A DNA stretch of 64,000 nt from the human T2T-CHM13v2.0 reference genome, Homo sapiens: the NCBI RefSeq assembly GCF_009914755.1, contig NC_060931.1; one strand, written 5' to 3'. A program made the position numbers and the translations under genes. The notes below the pieces were generated by a model that was given only the letters and a program-made list of their open reading frames with translations, did not search any database and had not been told where the DNA came from. Positions 28,505-41,717 of the stretch are shown here, one piece after another (position 1 is the stretch's first letter; each line of letters starts with the position of its first letter).

Positions 28505-29005
28505 ATGGTAGATTGAGTGTAAAAAGGCCCCAGTCATTGCTCTTTTAGAATCTGCCTCCCATGCAATTGACTACGCAGCTTTTCCCATGGAGGTGGAGTC
28601 TACATTTGAATCTGGTGTGGCCTTGTTACTTGCTTTGGCCTACAGAATGGGATGCGAGTAATGGTGATCCAGGTCCAAGTTTAGGCCTCCAGAAGTCTTT
28701 TGCTCTTTTGCTGTTTCTCAGACCCCTGTATCCACTGACAGGACAAGACTGAATTAAATTGCTGGAGGAATGAGACAGGTAGAAGAAAGCTGTGTCATTT
28801 CAGTCAAGGCTTCCTCATTCAGCAAACCTCAAGCTGGTCTGTTAGCTGATCACAGACACATGAGTGAGTCCAGATGAGATAATCCAAACCCAGCCCAGAT
28901 TACCGGGGCTGCCCACTCTACCCAGACTTGTGAGAAATAAGAAATGCTCCTTGTAATAAACCCGTAAGTTTCGGGGGTTTTCATATGATAAAAGTTAACT
29001 GATAT
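28505..29005 (+). mobile_element. MaLR LTR (MLT1G/H-like)
   Basis: gaggtggagtcta...tggccttgttacttgctttggcc...taactgata terminus. Confidence 0.75.
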
Positions 29006-29046
29006 GTAAGGTCCACTTGTTCACCTAAGAATTCGGTACCCAGTAA

Positions 29047-29050
<4 letters not shown>

Positions 29051-29088
<38 letters not shown>
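29051..29088. repeat. (CT)19 microsatellite
   Basis: Directly visible. Confidence 0.95.
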
Positions 29089-29092
<4 letters not shown>

Positions 29093-30009
29093 GTGACTAT
29101 TTATCATGGTCTTCAGGAAATATTTCCAGAGTATTCATGAAAAATCTTACTTGCCAAATAACACCCACAGGGTCCTACTACCACTTCTACTGGGTGCTGT
29201 TGATTCAATTGGGCATGTTGATACCCTATTCGTGGTGGTCATTGCTTCTACCTTTTTCTGCCTTGCATAGGGAATCAACAAGTGCTTCAAGATGCCAAGG
29301 CTTTTCTTGAAAAGAGGGCAGTGAAATTGCGGAAATGCCTTGCTCCTCATTTTTTGCTATTTTCTGTTACATGGTTACTAAAGCTATGTCAATATGCCTA
29401 ATGTCTTAAGGAAGTTTAAATAAAATAAATTTTAGGTTTTACTTATGGTTCTTTGTTTCTCCAGGACCCTGGGCCAGGGAAAGAAATGAATGAAGATGCC
29501 ACCTTATGCCCAGAACACATCTCTCATTCAATGATAAAGGATTTGTGGTTGGGTCAACTTTTGTGATGCTCAACTCTTTCCTTCGTAAGGACGGGCTCTT
29601 TCTCAGGAGGCTTTTGTACTCCCAATTAACGCACTGCTGTAAGTTTGCCATATCATTATGTAACACATACCTGGATGTGTTTGAACTCTGTCTCAGGATG
29701 AAGCTATGATGTCCCATTGCAATTGTTTTGAAATCTGCTTCCTGTATCCAGAGAGAGGGGCATTAAGATCCCAGAGATACGTAGTTAAACATAACCTGCA
29801 TATCAGCTGCTCTTCATTGCAAAATGTCTGTGTTTGCACATAATACCTTAATGTTTTCAGCTTCAGCTCACTTCAACATAGACATTTATGGGATCTTTTC
29901 AAACCTATCCTTCTCCATTTATTCACACCACAAAATCTAGTGATCGGCATAGACCCTGATAAAACTTTTGTAGGGAGAATGAGGATGGGGCTTATATTGC
30001 ATAATATAT

Positions 30010-31750
30010 TAATCTAACTTCAGCTATGTTGTGATAATAAATAAACCTTCAGATCTTAATGACTTTGTATAAACAATAAGTATTTCTCTCCCATGCAGAA
30101 TCTGATGAAGCTCTATTTTGTAGCTATGCCATCTGGATCACATAGCCTCCAAGGCCAGCAGAGCAGAGGAAGACAAAGAGCAGAGCAAGATAGAGGTGGA
30201 AGTTACACGTCCTTTGTGCTTACTTTCTACTGGCCTCATCGGGTCGCAAGATCCCACTCTGATAGGTGCATGGGGGCTTGGAAAATTAGAAAAACATGTG
30301 AATATTTGGTAGGCACTTACAATCTCTGCCAGCATCTGCCCTTCTAATCAGCAAATTTTCAATTACTTTTTTCTTCACCCACATAAGACATCTTAATCCA
30401 ACCTCAGGGGACACATCCTGATGTCCAATCTAGTCACTACTTCAAGCTTAATGGGATACATGGGCCTCTCTGTCATGTCTGCATGAGGCTCTTCTTGATC
30501 AGTTGACCTATGAACTGAAAGAAAGCATATATCGTTGTCCTCCACTGTCTATATCACTGCATACAGAGTGGTGGAAAGGAACAGAATAACGATGGTATAC
30601 ATTCCTATTTGAAAGGGGATGATTAGAGACACAAAACAATGATAACATCTCACTGGTCAGACATGGTGAAAGTTCCCCTGTGCAGGGGATGGTAAATGTT
30701 CCTTAATTAGGCCTTGGTTCTGGTCCTCGAGAGGCATTCTTTTATCCATTGTCCTCTATGGCTGTAATCTGTGCCCTCCAAGATATTCTTTCTTTTCCAT
30801 TACTCTCTGAAGTGGTTGAGGGGGAATACGTCTTCCTTTGGGGCTGCACGGTTTTCTCAGCAAACTTCTTTCCCACAGAACATTGGCAGCTTAAGGGTTA
30901 TAAGTCTCAAAATGTCAGTGGCTTTTTTTAGTCCAGGCTCATGATTTATTTAACAATGCATTTCCCTCAAACACACAGTAGGCTTCTGATCTATTTGCTT
31001 TAAATAACTTTCATGTGGTAGTAACCACACCTAAAGTTCTTTTCTAGGCATAATTCTAAAATCTGCTTTGTTTCGTTGCTTTCTCACTTCTGTGCATTTC
31101 TCTCTCTTCTATATGGGGGCTATGTTGAAGATGTCTGACTAAGAGGTAGAAAGTTCACACACTTAATCTGTTTACACTCTTAATTGATTCTCATCCTAAG
31201 TCATTTCATCCAATGGGGACATTTCACTGTGATTTTGTGGCAGTCTTTTGAGATGCCAAGTCTTCCTGTTTAGAGCCTAGAAGTAGTCACTGTTCCAACT
31301 TAGAAACTTCCAAATTTCTGAACGATTTTTATTCCTTTCATTTCTGTTTGCAAGCCAGCCAGGGTTTTCCTGAGCTTATTTCATTATTGTAATCCTCTGC
31401 CAAATACAGCCAACATTCACTTTCAACATTGTTTCCCTAAGTCGTTGGACTCAGAAGCCCCACAGTCTGCCTCCCAAATTACCACAGGATTTTAATTTTT
31501 GCCAAATGGTTTCCTACTGCTTAAAATGGATTGCCATTTTTTCCAGCCTCTAACATTGGATTCTTCACTGCCCTCTGCCTAATTACTAAGTCATTGCTAC
31601 ACGTTTCAGGTTTCTTTGTGTTGGCCTCTTATCACTGATAAAAATTCTGAATTTGTTAGGATAGGCTAGACTATGCTGTGAAAACAAATATCCCCATTTC
31701 AATTCACTTGCTGAACAAAATGAAGTTATCTTTTTTGTTCACACAAAATC
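30010..31750 (-). mobile_element. Old MLT1 (J/K/L-like) MaLR provirus remnant: LTR (~30010-30333), internal region, partial second LTR (from ~31648)
   Basis: Two related antisense LTR ends (gctatgttgtgataataaat / gactatgctgtgaaaacaaat) ~1.6 kb apart bracketing MLT-int-like sequence. Confidence 0.55.
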
Positions 31751-34087
31751 TCCAGGTTCCCATCTGATTTCACTTTGGGCTGTGGTTGTGAGTATTGGAG
31801 AAGTATAAATTGTGGGGCAAATGGAAAGGAAGTTCAAGGTGACATTTTGCTTAGCAAACTCCAAGTGTATGTTGGTATTATTGCTTAGGTATGGTATATT
31901 TATTTGTATGTTTACATAGTGTGACTGCCTAATGGCATTAAAAAAATCTATAGTGCATGGTTCACTGTTTTCCCTTCGCTGAGAAGAGCAATGAGTAAGA
32001 ATAGAAATAGGAATATATTTTATCTGATGAACCAGGGTGAAAATTAGCAAAAAATTTGTGACAGTGGATATATAAAATAAAATTTCCCCTTAAGTTATAT
32101 AATCATGTTTACACTTTTTGCATATGTAACTAAATGAATGTATACTTTCTTCTAGTGGCTTACTGGTAGAAAATAAACACAGATGTTTTTGTTTTATATT
32201 TTACAGCAATGCTTTCAGTAACCTGGAGAGGTACACATGGCTGGTATAACAATTATCTTCATTTAATGATGTGGAAACACCTACCACAAGTCCTGGCACA
32301 TTGAGGGTCTTGAATAAATTCTGTCAGATGAACGGACAAGCGCACAAAAGGTTGAAAGAGTGAATGAGGCAGGTTAAATGACCAGTTCTAGATTGGTTAC
32401 TAAGTGACACAGCCTAACTGAGTTTTCTAATGTTCCACTAACCCTGCTTCCAAGCAGCTTCAGAATGCAGCTTACATTTCTGCTATAAATATTTTCTTTA
32501 GACTTTTGCTGATGAATTGAAGTTTCATAACAAGAAGAAAGCAGATGGCTTTTGGGAGGGGTTTATACTTGCTCTTTTAACTGTGTTTCTGTTTTGCTTG
32601 TTTATGCAGAGTGTGCACAAAGGTTGCCAGAGCCTTAATTTCAAACTGCATCATTTAATAAAATACAATAAGGAGAATTAAGAAAGAAGGCTGCAGGGGA
32701 ACATCCTGCTTATTATCTCTGTAATGAGAGGACTATTTTTTCTCCCATCAGTTGCCAATGATGAGGTTTTTTGTTTCCTTTTGTGCAGGCACAATTGTGA
32801 TATTCAACGAGAGTAGTGCGAAGTGCCACTTTACAGCCAAACATTCAATTCCTCCTAATTCACAAGGGAGAGAGGGATCAAGTTGTGCAGCTGGGAGGTG
32901 ATGTTTCTTCCCAGCAGCTGTCATTGAGGAGACACGTGCAAACCATAGAAGTCATTTGTCACAAGAACCCCATCCAGAATTTGCTATGTGCGTCTCACTT
33001 GCTAACGTGACATGAAATACTGAAGCTTTCAAAAATCAAGTACAGAGACTTTGTTGTGTTGACATGGGCAAAATGAAATGAAGAGCTGAGGCAATTATGT
33101 GGATAAATCAGGCCAAAAATATCCAACCATTGAGAGGAAAAAGTTCCTTTGGCTCAAATTATTCAGAGTGACTGTCCATGTTCATCAATTTATCAGGATA
33201 ATGAATTTTATCCTATACTTTACTTTGTCACTATAGATATATCTTTAGTCTATGAATTTGAATGACTTTGTGATATTTTACTTCACTGAAAATTATAATA
33301 GGGGTTGAATGAGCAAGCACCGTGTTAAAAGATTGCTACTGCAGCTATGATAATAGTCCAGGAGATTTTAAACCCCGTTATTCAATAGCTAGCAGATATA
33401 GTTATTGGAATGGGGGTAGAGAGGGAGACACGAAATCTGTTGAGAATCAAATGCTTGTAACTAATCTGTCTTTCCCATTTAGCATCCTATTATCCAAAAA
33501 TATCTTGGTCTGTAGCTCCCACCTGGTTTCCTGGTCATTTGACTACTGGTTAAATGAGCCTGAAAATTTCATCAGGTTTCATATAAAGAATAATATATTA
33601 TAGTTACATACATATAAATGTATATCTTTGTGTATTTTTAATATCCCTTATTTATCTACAAAGAGATGAATGTTTGAAATATGTGACGGATAAGCAAGGT
33701 CAATTCTTGTGTCTGCTCATGCATTGGCATTGAGCTTTCTGCTTGGAGTCCTTAGCATATTCCGCACTTGAGCCATCCTTCTTGTTTCTTCATACTTCCA
33801 GAGCCACTAGAATCACAGGCAAAAGGGCAGGAGCTTCTCCTTGGGGCAGAGGGAGAACCTCTGAGCATTACCCTGGGTGGTTTGGTCCTGCCAGAGTCTC
33901 TTAAACATTAGAGACAACTCACCATTTGGAAGTTACAAATCATGAAAGTGCTCACTGAAGCAAAATAATACCACATAAGAAATAAATGCCTAATGTTGAT
34001 GAACATTTTAATCTTTATTATAAAATTATAACACAAAGAAGAATCCTGAAGAATGACCCTAAAGCTTTTGTCACAATAGCATTGTAA

Positions 34088-34420
<333 letters not shown>

Positions 34421-34577
34421 TGATTAAAAAAGAAATACATACAATTATTGGGACAGAACAAAATAAAGAGAAAAATACAAATTACCTGTAATTCAACTAT
34501 CCAGAGATAATTATTTTTTACGGACTGAATGATGTTCTCCAAAATTCATATGTTGAAGCCCTAGCCCCTAATGTGAT

Positions 34578-36853
34578 TAATATGGTTTGGCTGTGTCCCC
34601 ACCCAAATCTCATCTTGAATTGTAACTCCCACAATTCCCATGTGTTGTGGGAAGAAACTAATGGGAGGTAATTGAATCATGGGGACGGGTCTTTCCCATG
34701 CTGTTCTTATGATAGAGAATAAGTCTCACGAGATCTGATGGCTTTAAAAAATGGGAGTTTTCCTGTATAAGCTCTCCCTCTCTTTGCCTGCTGCCATCCA
34801 TGTAAGACATGACTTTTTCCTCCTTGCCTTCCACCATGATTGTGAGGCCTCGCCAGCCATGTGGAACTGTAAGTCCATTAAATGTCTTTCTTTTGTAAGT
34901 TGCCCAGTCTCAGGTATGTCTTTATCAGCAGTGTGAAAATGAACTAATACAGTAAATTGGTACCAGTAGAGTGGGTTGCTGCTGTAAATACCCGAAAATG
35001 TGAAAACGACTTTGGAACTGGGTAACAGGCAGGGGTTGGAACAGTTTGGAGGGCTCAGAAGAAGACAGGAAAACGTGGGACAGTTTGGAACTTCCTAGAG
35101 ACTTGTTGAATGACTTTGCCCAAAATGCTGATAGCGATATAGACAATGAAGTCCAGCCTGAGGTGGCTTCAGATGGAGATGAGGAACTTCTTGGGAACTG
35201 GAGCAAAGGTGACTCTTGTTATGTTTAGCAGCATTTTGCCCCTGGGCATTTTGCCCCCATCCTAGAGCTTTGTGGAACTTTGAACTCGAGAGAGATAATT
35301 TTGGGTATCTGGCAGAAGAAATTTCTAAGCAGCAAAGCATTCCAGAGGTGACCTGGTTCACCACTTGGGTGCTGTTAAAGGCATTCAGTTTCAAAAGGGA
35401 AATGGAGAATAAAAGTTCAGAAAACTTGCAGCCTGACAATGTGATAGAAAAGAAAATCCCATTTTCTGAGGAGAAATTCAAGCTGGCTGCAGAAATTTGC
35501 ATAAGTAATGAGGAGCCAAATGTTAATCCCCAAGACAATGGGGAAAATGTCTCAAGGGCATGTCAGAGGTCTTCACAGCAGCCCCTCTCATCACAGGCCC
35601 AGAGGCCAAGGAGGAAAAAGTGGTTTTGTGGGCTGGGCCCAGGGTGCCTCGCTGTGTGCAGTCTAGGGACTTGGTGTCCTGCATCCCAGCTGCTCCAGCC
35701 ATGACTAAAGGGGCCAAGGTACAGCTCAGATTGTTGCTTCAGAGGGTACAAGCCCCCAGCCTTGGCATCTTCCATGTGGTGTTGAGCCTGTGTGTGCACA
35801 GAAGTCAAGAATTGAAGTTTGGGAACCTCTGCCTAGATTTCAGAGGATGTATGGAAATGCCTGGATGCCCAGGCAGAAGTTTGCTGCAGGGGCAGGGCTC
35901 TCATGGAGAACCCCTATGAGGGCAATGCAAAAGGGAAATGTGGGGTTGGAGTCCCCACACAGATCTCTACTGAGACACCACCTAGTGGAGCTGTGAGAAG
36001 AGGGTCATCACTATCCTCCAGAACCCAGAATGCTAGATCCACCAACAGCTTACACTGTTTGCCTGAAAAAGCCACAGACACTCAATGCCAGCCTGTTAAA
36101 GCAGCTGGGAGGGAGTCTGTACCCTTCAAAGCCTGGATGTGAGACATCGAGTTAAAGGAGATCATTTGGAGCTTTAAGATTTGACTACCCCACAGGATTT
36201 CAGACTTGCATGGGGCTTGTAGCCCCTTTGTTTTAGCCAATTTCTCTCATTTGGAATGGCTGTATTTACCCAATGCCTGAACCCCCACTGTATCTAGGAA
36301 GTAACTAATTTGCTTTTGATTTTATAGGCTCATAGGCTGAAGGGACTTGCTTTGTCTGAGACTGTGGACTTTTGAGTTAATGCTGAAATGAGTTATGACT
36401 TTGGAGGAATATTAGAAAGGCGTGATTGGATTTGAAATGTGAGGACATGAGATTTGGAAGGGGCCAGGGGTGGAATGATATGGTTTGGCTGTGTCCCCAC
36501 CCAAATCTCATCTCTAATTGTAACTTCCACAATTCCCATGTATGATGAGAGGAAACAGTGGGAGGTAATTGAATCACAGGGACGGGTCTTTCCCATATTG
36601 TTCTTGTGATAGTGAATAAGTCTCATGAGCTCTGAAGGCTTTACAAATGAGAGTTTCCCTTCACAAGCCCTCTCTCTCCCTCTCTTTGCCTGCTGCCATC
36701 CATGTAAGACATGATTTGTTCCTCCTTGTCTTCCACCATGATTGTGAGGCTCCCCAGCCATGTGGAAGTGTAAGTCCAATTAAACCTCTTTCTTTTGTAA
36801 ATTGCCCAGTCTTGGGTATGTCTTTATCAGCAGCATGAAAACGGACTAATACA
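34578..36853 (+). mobile_element. Complete THE1 (A/B) MaLR provirus: 5'LTR 34578-34951, internal 34952-36475, 3'LTR 36476-36853
   Basis: Paired LTRs (atatggtttggctgtgtccccacccaaatctc...ctaataca); polypurine tract before 3'LTR; perfect 5-bp TSD gtgat (34573-34577 / 36854-36858). Confidence 0.95.
34669..34679 (+). promoter_or_regulatory. DUX4-type motif TAATTGAATCA in THE1 LTR (also 36566-36576 and 62227-62237)
   Basis: Match to TAAYYBAATCA; DUX4 is known to bind MaLR/THE1 LTRs. Occupancy at this locus is not shown. Confidence 0.55.
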
Positions 36854-37329
36854 GTGATAGTATTTGAAAAGGGGCCTTTGGGAGGTAAACAAGGTTAAAC
36901 AAGGTCATGAGGACCCTAATCCAATAGGATTTGTGCCCTTATGAAAACAGGGAGAGACAAACCAGAGCTCATTGGCTATCTCTTCCATGTTGGGACACAC
37001 AAAGAAGATGGCCATCTCCAAGACAGAAATGTGATCATGCTGGCACCTTGACCCTGAACTTCTAGCCTTTGGAACTGTGAAAATAAATTTGTTTTTTAAG
37101 CCACCCAGTCTATGGTATTTTGTTATGGTAGTCCAAGCTGACTAACACACCACTGTTAATATTTTTACATCCTTTTATATTTTAATATTATTCTATACTA
37201 AAATATATATCTATCCATCAACCCATCCATCCTTACGTACCTATAAAGATGGTGCTATACGCAATGGTTTACATCAGCACTGTATGATAGACATATATTG
37301 TGAATCACATACATTAATCACATACATTT

Positions 37330-37890
37330 AAAATTTTTTTAGTGGCCTCTTTGGAAACAGAAAAAATGAAAATATGAAATTAATTTTAGTAATATTTTAA
37401 ATTTAACCCAACATAGCCAGAAAATTGTCATTTCAACATGTAATTATTTAAAAATTATTCTTCAGGCCAGGCATGGCGGCTCACTCCTGTAATCACACTT
37501 TGGGAGGCCAAGGTGGGAGAACTGCTTGAGGCCAGGAGTTCAAGATCAGCCTGGGCAACATAGCAAGACCTTGTGTCTACTAAAAATAAAAAAAAAATTA
37601 GCTGGGCATGATGGTGCATGCCTGTAGTCTCAGCTACTCAGGAGGCTGAAGTGGGAGGATAACTTGAGCCCAGGAATTTGAGGCTGCAATCCTGGTTGTG
37701 CCACTGTACTCCAGGCTGAGCAGCAGAGCAAGATTCCGTCTCTGAAACAAAAAGTTATTCTTGAGATAAGTAACTTCTTTTCAAAATTCTAAGTCTTTAA
37801 AATATCGTGTATATTTTACACATACAGTACATTTCAATTTTGACTGACCACATTTCAAGTGCTATTACCACCATATTGGAAAGAGCAGTT
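37330..37890. mobile_element. MER33-like hAT-Charlie element interrupted by an Alu
   Basis: gaaattaattttagtaatattttaaatttaaccc...ccacatttcaagtgct...accatattggaaagagcag. Confidence 0.75.
37465..37750 (+). mobile_element. AluJ
   Basis: TSD aaaattattcttca / aaagttattcttga. Confidence 0.9.
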
Positions 37891-37899
37891 TTAGATCGA

Positions 37900-38420
<521 letters not shown>

Positions 38421-39790
38421 TTTTTGTGGTTATAAAATGAATATTTATTTTACAATAAGTGCTAATTTGAATTTGAAATCATTTCCAACTTAATAATATT
38501 TTTCCATAAAGTCTAAATTTATAGACATGCCAAAAAGTGAAATGTGTTACCATCAAAGGTTGTATCTTCTCATTGTAGTGTGTGTGTATTTCCGCTCCTG
38601 CTTTAGGAGAAGTATGCTGGTGAGAACATGCTATCACAAAAATCTTCCAGGACTGACATGTGCCTTTATTGAACTGAACCCCAAGGTCTGATGGGCTGCA
38701 TTATGTTGAGCATTCAGGCAAGTATTTGTAATGGTGGTGAATGATGAAGCAACTTCCAATTTCTTGGTTGACATGCATCATATTACTCCACTGTTGCTGA
38801 ATTTAATAGCCATTTCATTTATTGACAGTCTCAGCAAAAAGGTAAGGAAAATCAATTCTGAACATGAATTATGGCATTTCTTTGAATATCAACCATTTAT
38901 ATTGTTTCTAAAATCTGCACCATGGTATCCTCTATTTCTGAGTGGTAGGTTATTAATGAATTCTAGTTGCACCTTTTCCTGTGCTTGTTATAATTTTTGT
39001 CAGAAAGATAATAGCAGTTCCTGGCACAATAACCTTTCCAACACTCTGTAACTTGATTTGCTGACAATTCTTTTACTCAGTTCTTGTGACTGGAGAAGAG
39101 GTGAAGTGGAAGGGTCGATCAAAGGACAGAGATTATCAAAAAAGTTTAAATAACTAAATCATTAAAGGCTGATATCTTCCCACGTGACAAAGATATTAAC
39201 CAGAAGAGGAAATGGTATAATATGAAAGCATTTTTCATGAAATGAATATAATGGGATTAGAGGAGAGGAAATTATACCAACCTGCATGCATTCATTAGAG
39301 TCTGAATATTGGCCTTTGGTACTCATCCTATTTCCTGAGCTCATCTCTGTTAAGAATAGCAAATCAATATGGCATTTTTTGAGGCCCTAAACTTGCCTGA
39401 AAACCATATTTCTTTTAAAATAAAACTATTATGTTAGTCATATTTAAATATATGCAGTGGGAATCTAATATGACAGTGATTTGATATCCACCACTATCCA
39501 TTAAAATTACAAGAACAAACTCTTCTTTAAGAGTCAGTCATTTAACATTATTCTTACGTTCTTTTTTCTCACTTCTCTCACTTCATTTTATCCTAATGAA
39601 GTACATATTTTTGACAGTGTTTTATTGATCATCCTATCATATTTATCTGTTATCACAATATGTTTATAAATTAAAAATTTTTAAAAATTTGGTAAGGCTC
39701 TAAGTAGCAATGACACTTTTGTTAATTAAGAATTTATAAAACCAAAGTAAACATATTAAATTATTGCAAAATATTGAAAAATCATTGAAA

Positions 39791-40066
39791 ATTTTTTTGA
39801 GACGGGGCCTTGTTCTATTGCTAAGGCTTCAGTGCAGTGATGCAATCATTGCAGCCTTGAGCTCCTGGGCTCTAGTGATCCTCCCATCTCAGCCTCCCAA
39901 GTAGCTGGGACTACATGTGTGGCTATTTTTTTTTTTTTTTTTTTTGTGGAGAGGGGATCTTGGTATATATTCCAGGCTGGTCTTGAACTCTTGGCCTTCA
40001 GGGATCCTCCCCCGCCTTGGCCTCCCAAAGTTCTGGGATTACAAGTGTGAGCCACTGCACCCAGCC
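39791..40066 (-). mobile_element. AluJ
   Basis: Antisense Alu; flanks tgaaaattt / tgaaagttt. Confidence 0.9.
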
Positions 40067-40544
40067 TGAAAGTTTATTTCTTAATGAGAATTGTGTCTCA
40101 AGCAATATTTCAAATTATCCCCTGAGATAATATACCATAAGGAGGGAAGCTATAGGTGGGAGGTATGCTTTTCTTTTATAAAATGGGGAAAAAAAACTAC
40201 TTAAAGAAGAATGGGGCTGGGAAAGGAAAATCCAGTAGATAAAACTGCAGGTGCATTTCTGGCTGATTTTTAAGAAATAATATACTGTATGTGGAAGCCG
40301 ATATTAGATCGGGAAAATTCAGTTTTTAAAAAGTTTCTATGCCCACATTTCCCTCTGGAGTAATTATTTTGAATTCCCAAGTGTCAGCAGCCCCTCCTGG
40401 AAGACCTAGAAAATAACTCTTCCATATATCTTGATAGAATATTGATGAATGGGAACAACTTGAAAAAGAAAACCACTTTCTAGCTCTCCATCCTTTTCTA
40501 GGTGAAGAGTGCTGTGTCTGAACAAGAGCAATGTCAGTCAGAGT

Positions 40545-40730
40545 GTGCTGTAGTGGAAAGACCCTAGGTTTTAGGGGCTGGTATTGTTACTCATTAGTTA
40601 CTAAGCTGCCAGTTTTGTCATCAGTGAAATTGAGACAATCTATTAATATGTTATAGAGTTGCTATAAAGAGTCAGTGAATAATATAAAGTACTTGGACCG
40701 TAAAACACATAGTAAGTGCTCCATAAACAA
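40545..40730 (+). mobile_element. MIR SINE (degenerate)
   Basis: gtagtggaaagaccct...acacatagtaagtgctccataaa. Confidence 0.6.
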
Positions 40731-40802
40731 TATTTTAAAACATGTAAATACGTGTGCAGTATTTACTTTGTTAAGAGATAAACTTAGGATTGGGCGGGGG
40801 GT

Positions 40803-41717
40803 GGGGGAGGAGCCAAGATGGCGGAATAGGAACAGCTCTGGTCTACAGCTCCCAGCCTGAGCGACGCAGAAGACGGGTGATTTCTGCATTTCCATCTGAG
40901 GTACCGGGTTCATCTCACTAGGGAGTGCCAGACAGTGGGCGCAGGTCAGTGGGTGCACGCACCATGCACGAGCCAAAGCAGCGCAAGGCATTGCCTCACT
41001 CGGGAAGCGCAAGGGGTCAGGGAGTTCCCTTTCCTAATCAAAGAAAGGGATGACGGACGGCACCTGGAAAATCGGGAAAATCGGGTCACTCCCACCTGAA
41101 TACTGCGCTTTTCCGACGGGCTTAAAAAATGGCGCACCACAAGATTATATCCCCCACCTGGCTCAGAGGGTCCTACCCCACGGAGTCTCGCTGATTGCTA
41201 GCACAGCAGTCTGAGATCAAACTGCAAGGCGGCAGCGAGGCTGGGGGAGGGGCGCCCGCCATTGCCCAGGCTTGCTTAGGTAAACAAAGCAGCCGGGAAG
41301 CTCGAACTGGGTGGAGCCCACCACAGCTCAAGGAGGCCTGCCTGCCTCTGTAGGCTCCACCTCTGGGGGCAGGGCACAGACAAACAAAAAGACAGCAGTA
41401 ACCTCTGCAGACTTAAATGTCCCTGTCTGACAGCTTTGAAGAGAGCAGTGGTTCTCCCAGCATGCAGCTGGAGATCTGAGAACGGGCAGACTGCCTCCTC
41501 AAGTGGGTCCCTGACCCCTGACCCGCGAGCAGCCTAACTGGGAGGCACCCTCCAGCAGGGGCACACTGACACCTCACACTGCAGGGTACTCCAACAGACC
41601 TGCAGCTGAGGGTCCTGTCTGTTAGAAGGAAAACTAACAAACAGAAAGGACATCCACACCAAAAACCCATCTGTACGTCACCATCATCAAAGACCAAAAG
41701 TAGATAAAACCACAAAG
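40803..41717 (+). promoter_or_regulatory. L1 5'UTR: CpG-rich internal sense promoter and antisense promoter region
   Basis: Full-length 5'UTR with YY1 site at 40814-40825; 9-bp tandem duplication ggaaaatcg at 41066-41083. Confidence 0.85.
41173..41262 (-). pseudogene. ORF0: L1 ORF0 truncated to 29 aa
   Basis: MAGAPPPASLPPCSLISDCCASNQRDSVG*; a 1-bp deletion (tcctaccccacgg versus consensus tcctacgcccacgg) creates TAG. Confidence 0.8.

Larger units (their letters stand above)
34517..37149 (+). mobile_element. MLT1A-type LTR split by the THE1 provirus
   Basis: caaaattcatatgttgaagccctagcc (5' part) resumes at 36859 and ends ccaagctgactaacaca. Confidence 0.85.

Noticed and set aside
35046-36142. 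ORFs in THE1 internal regions (also 62534-63832)
   Set aside because: Fragmented MaLR internal sequence with frameshifts; no intact protein.
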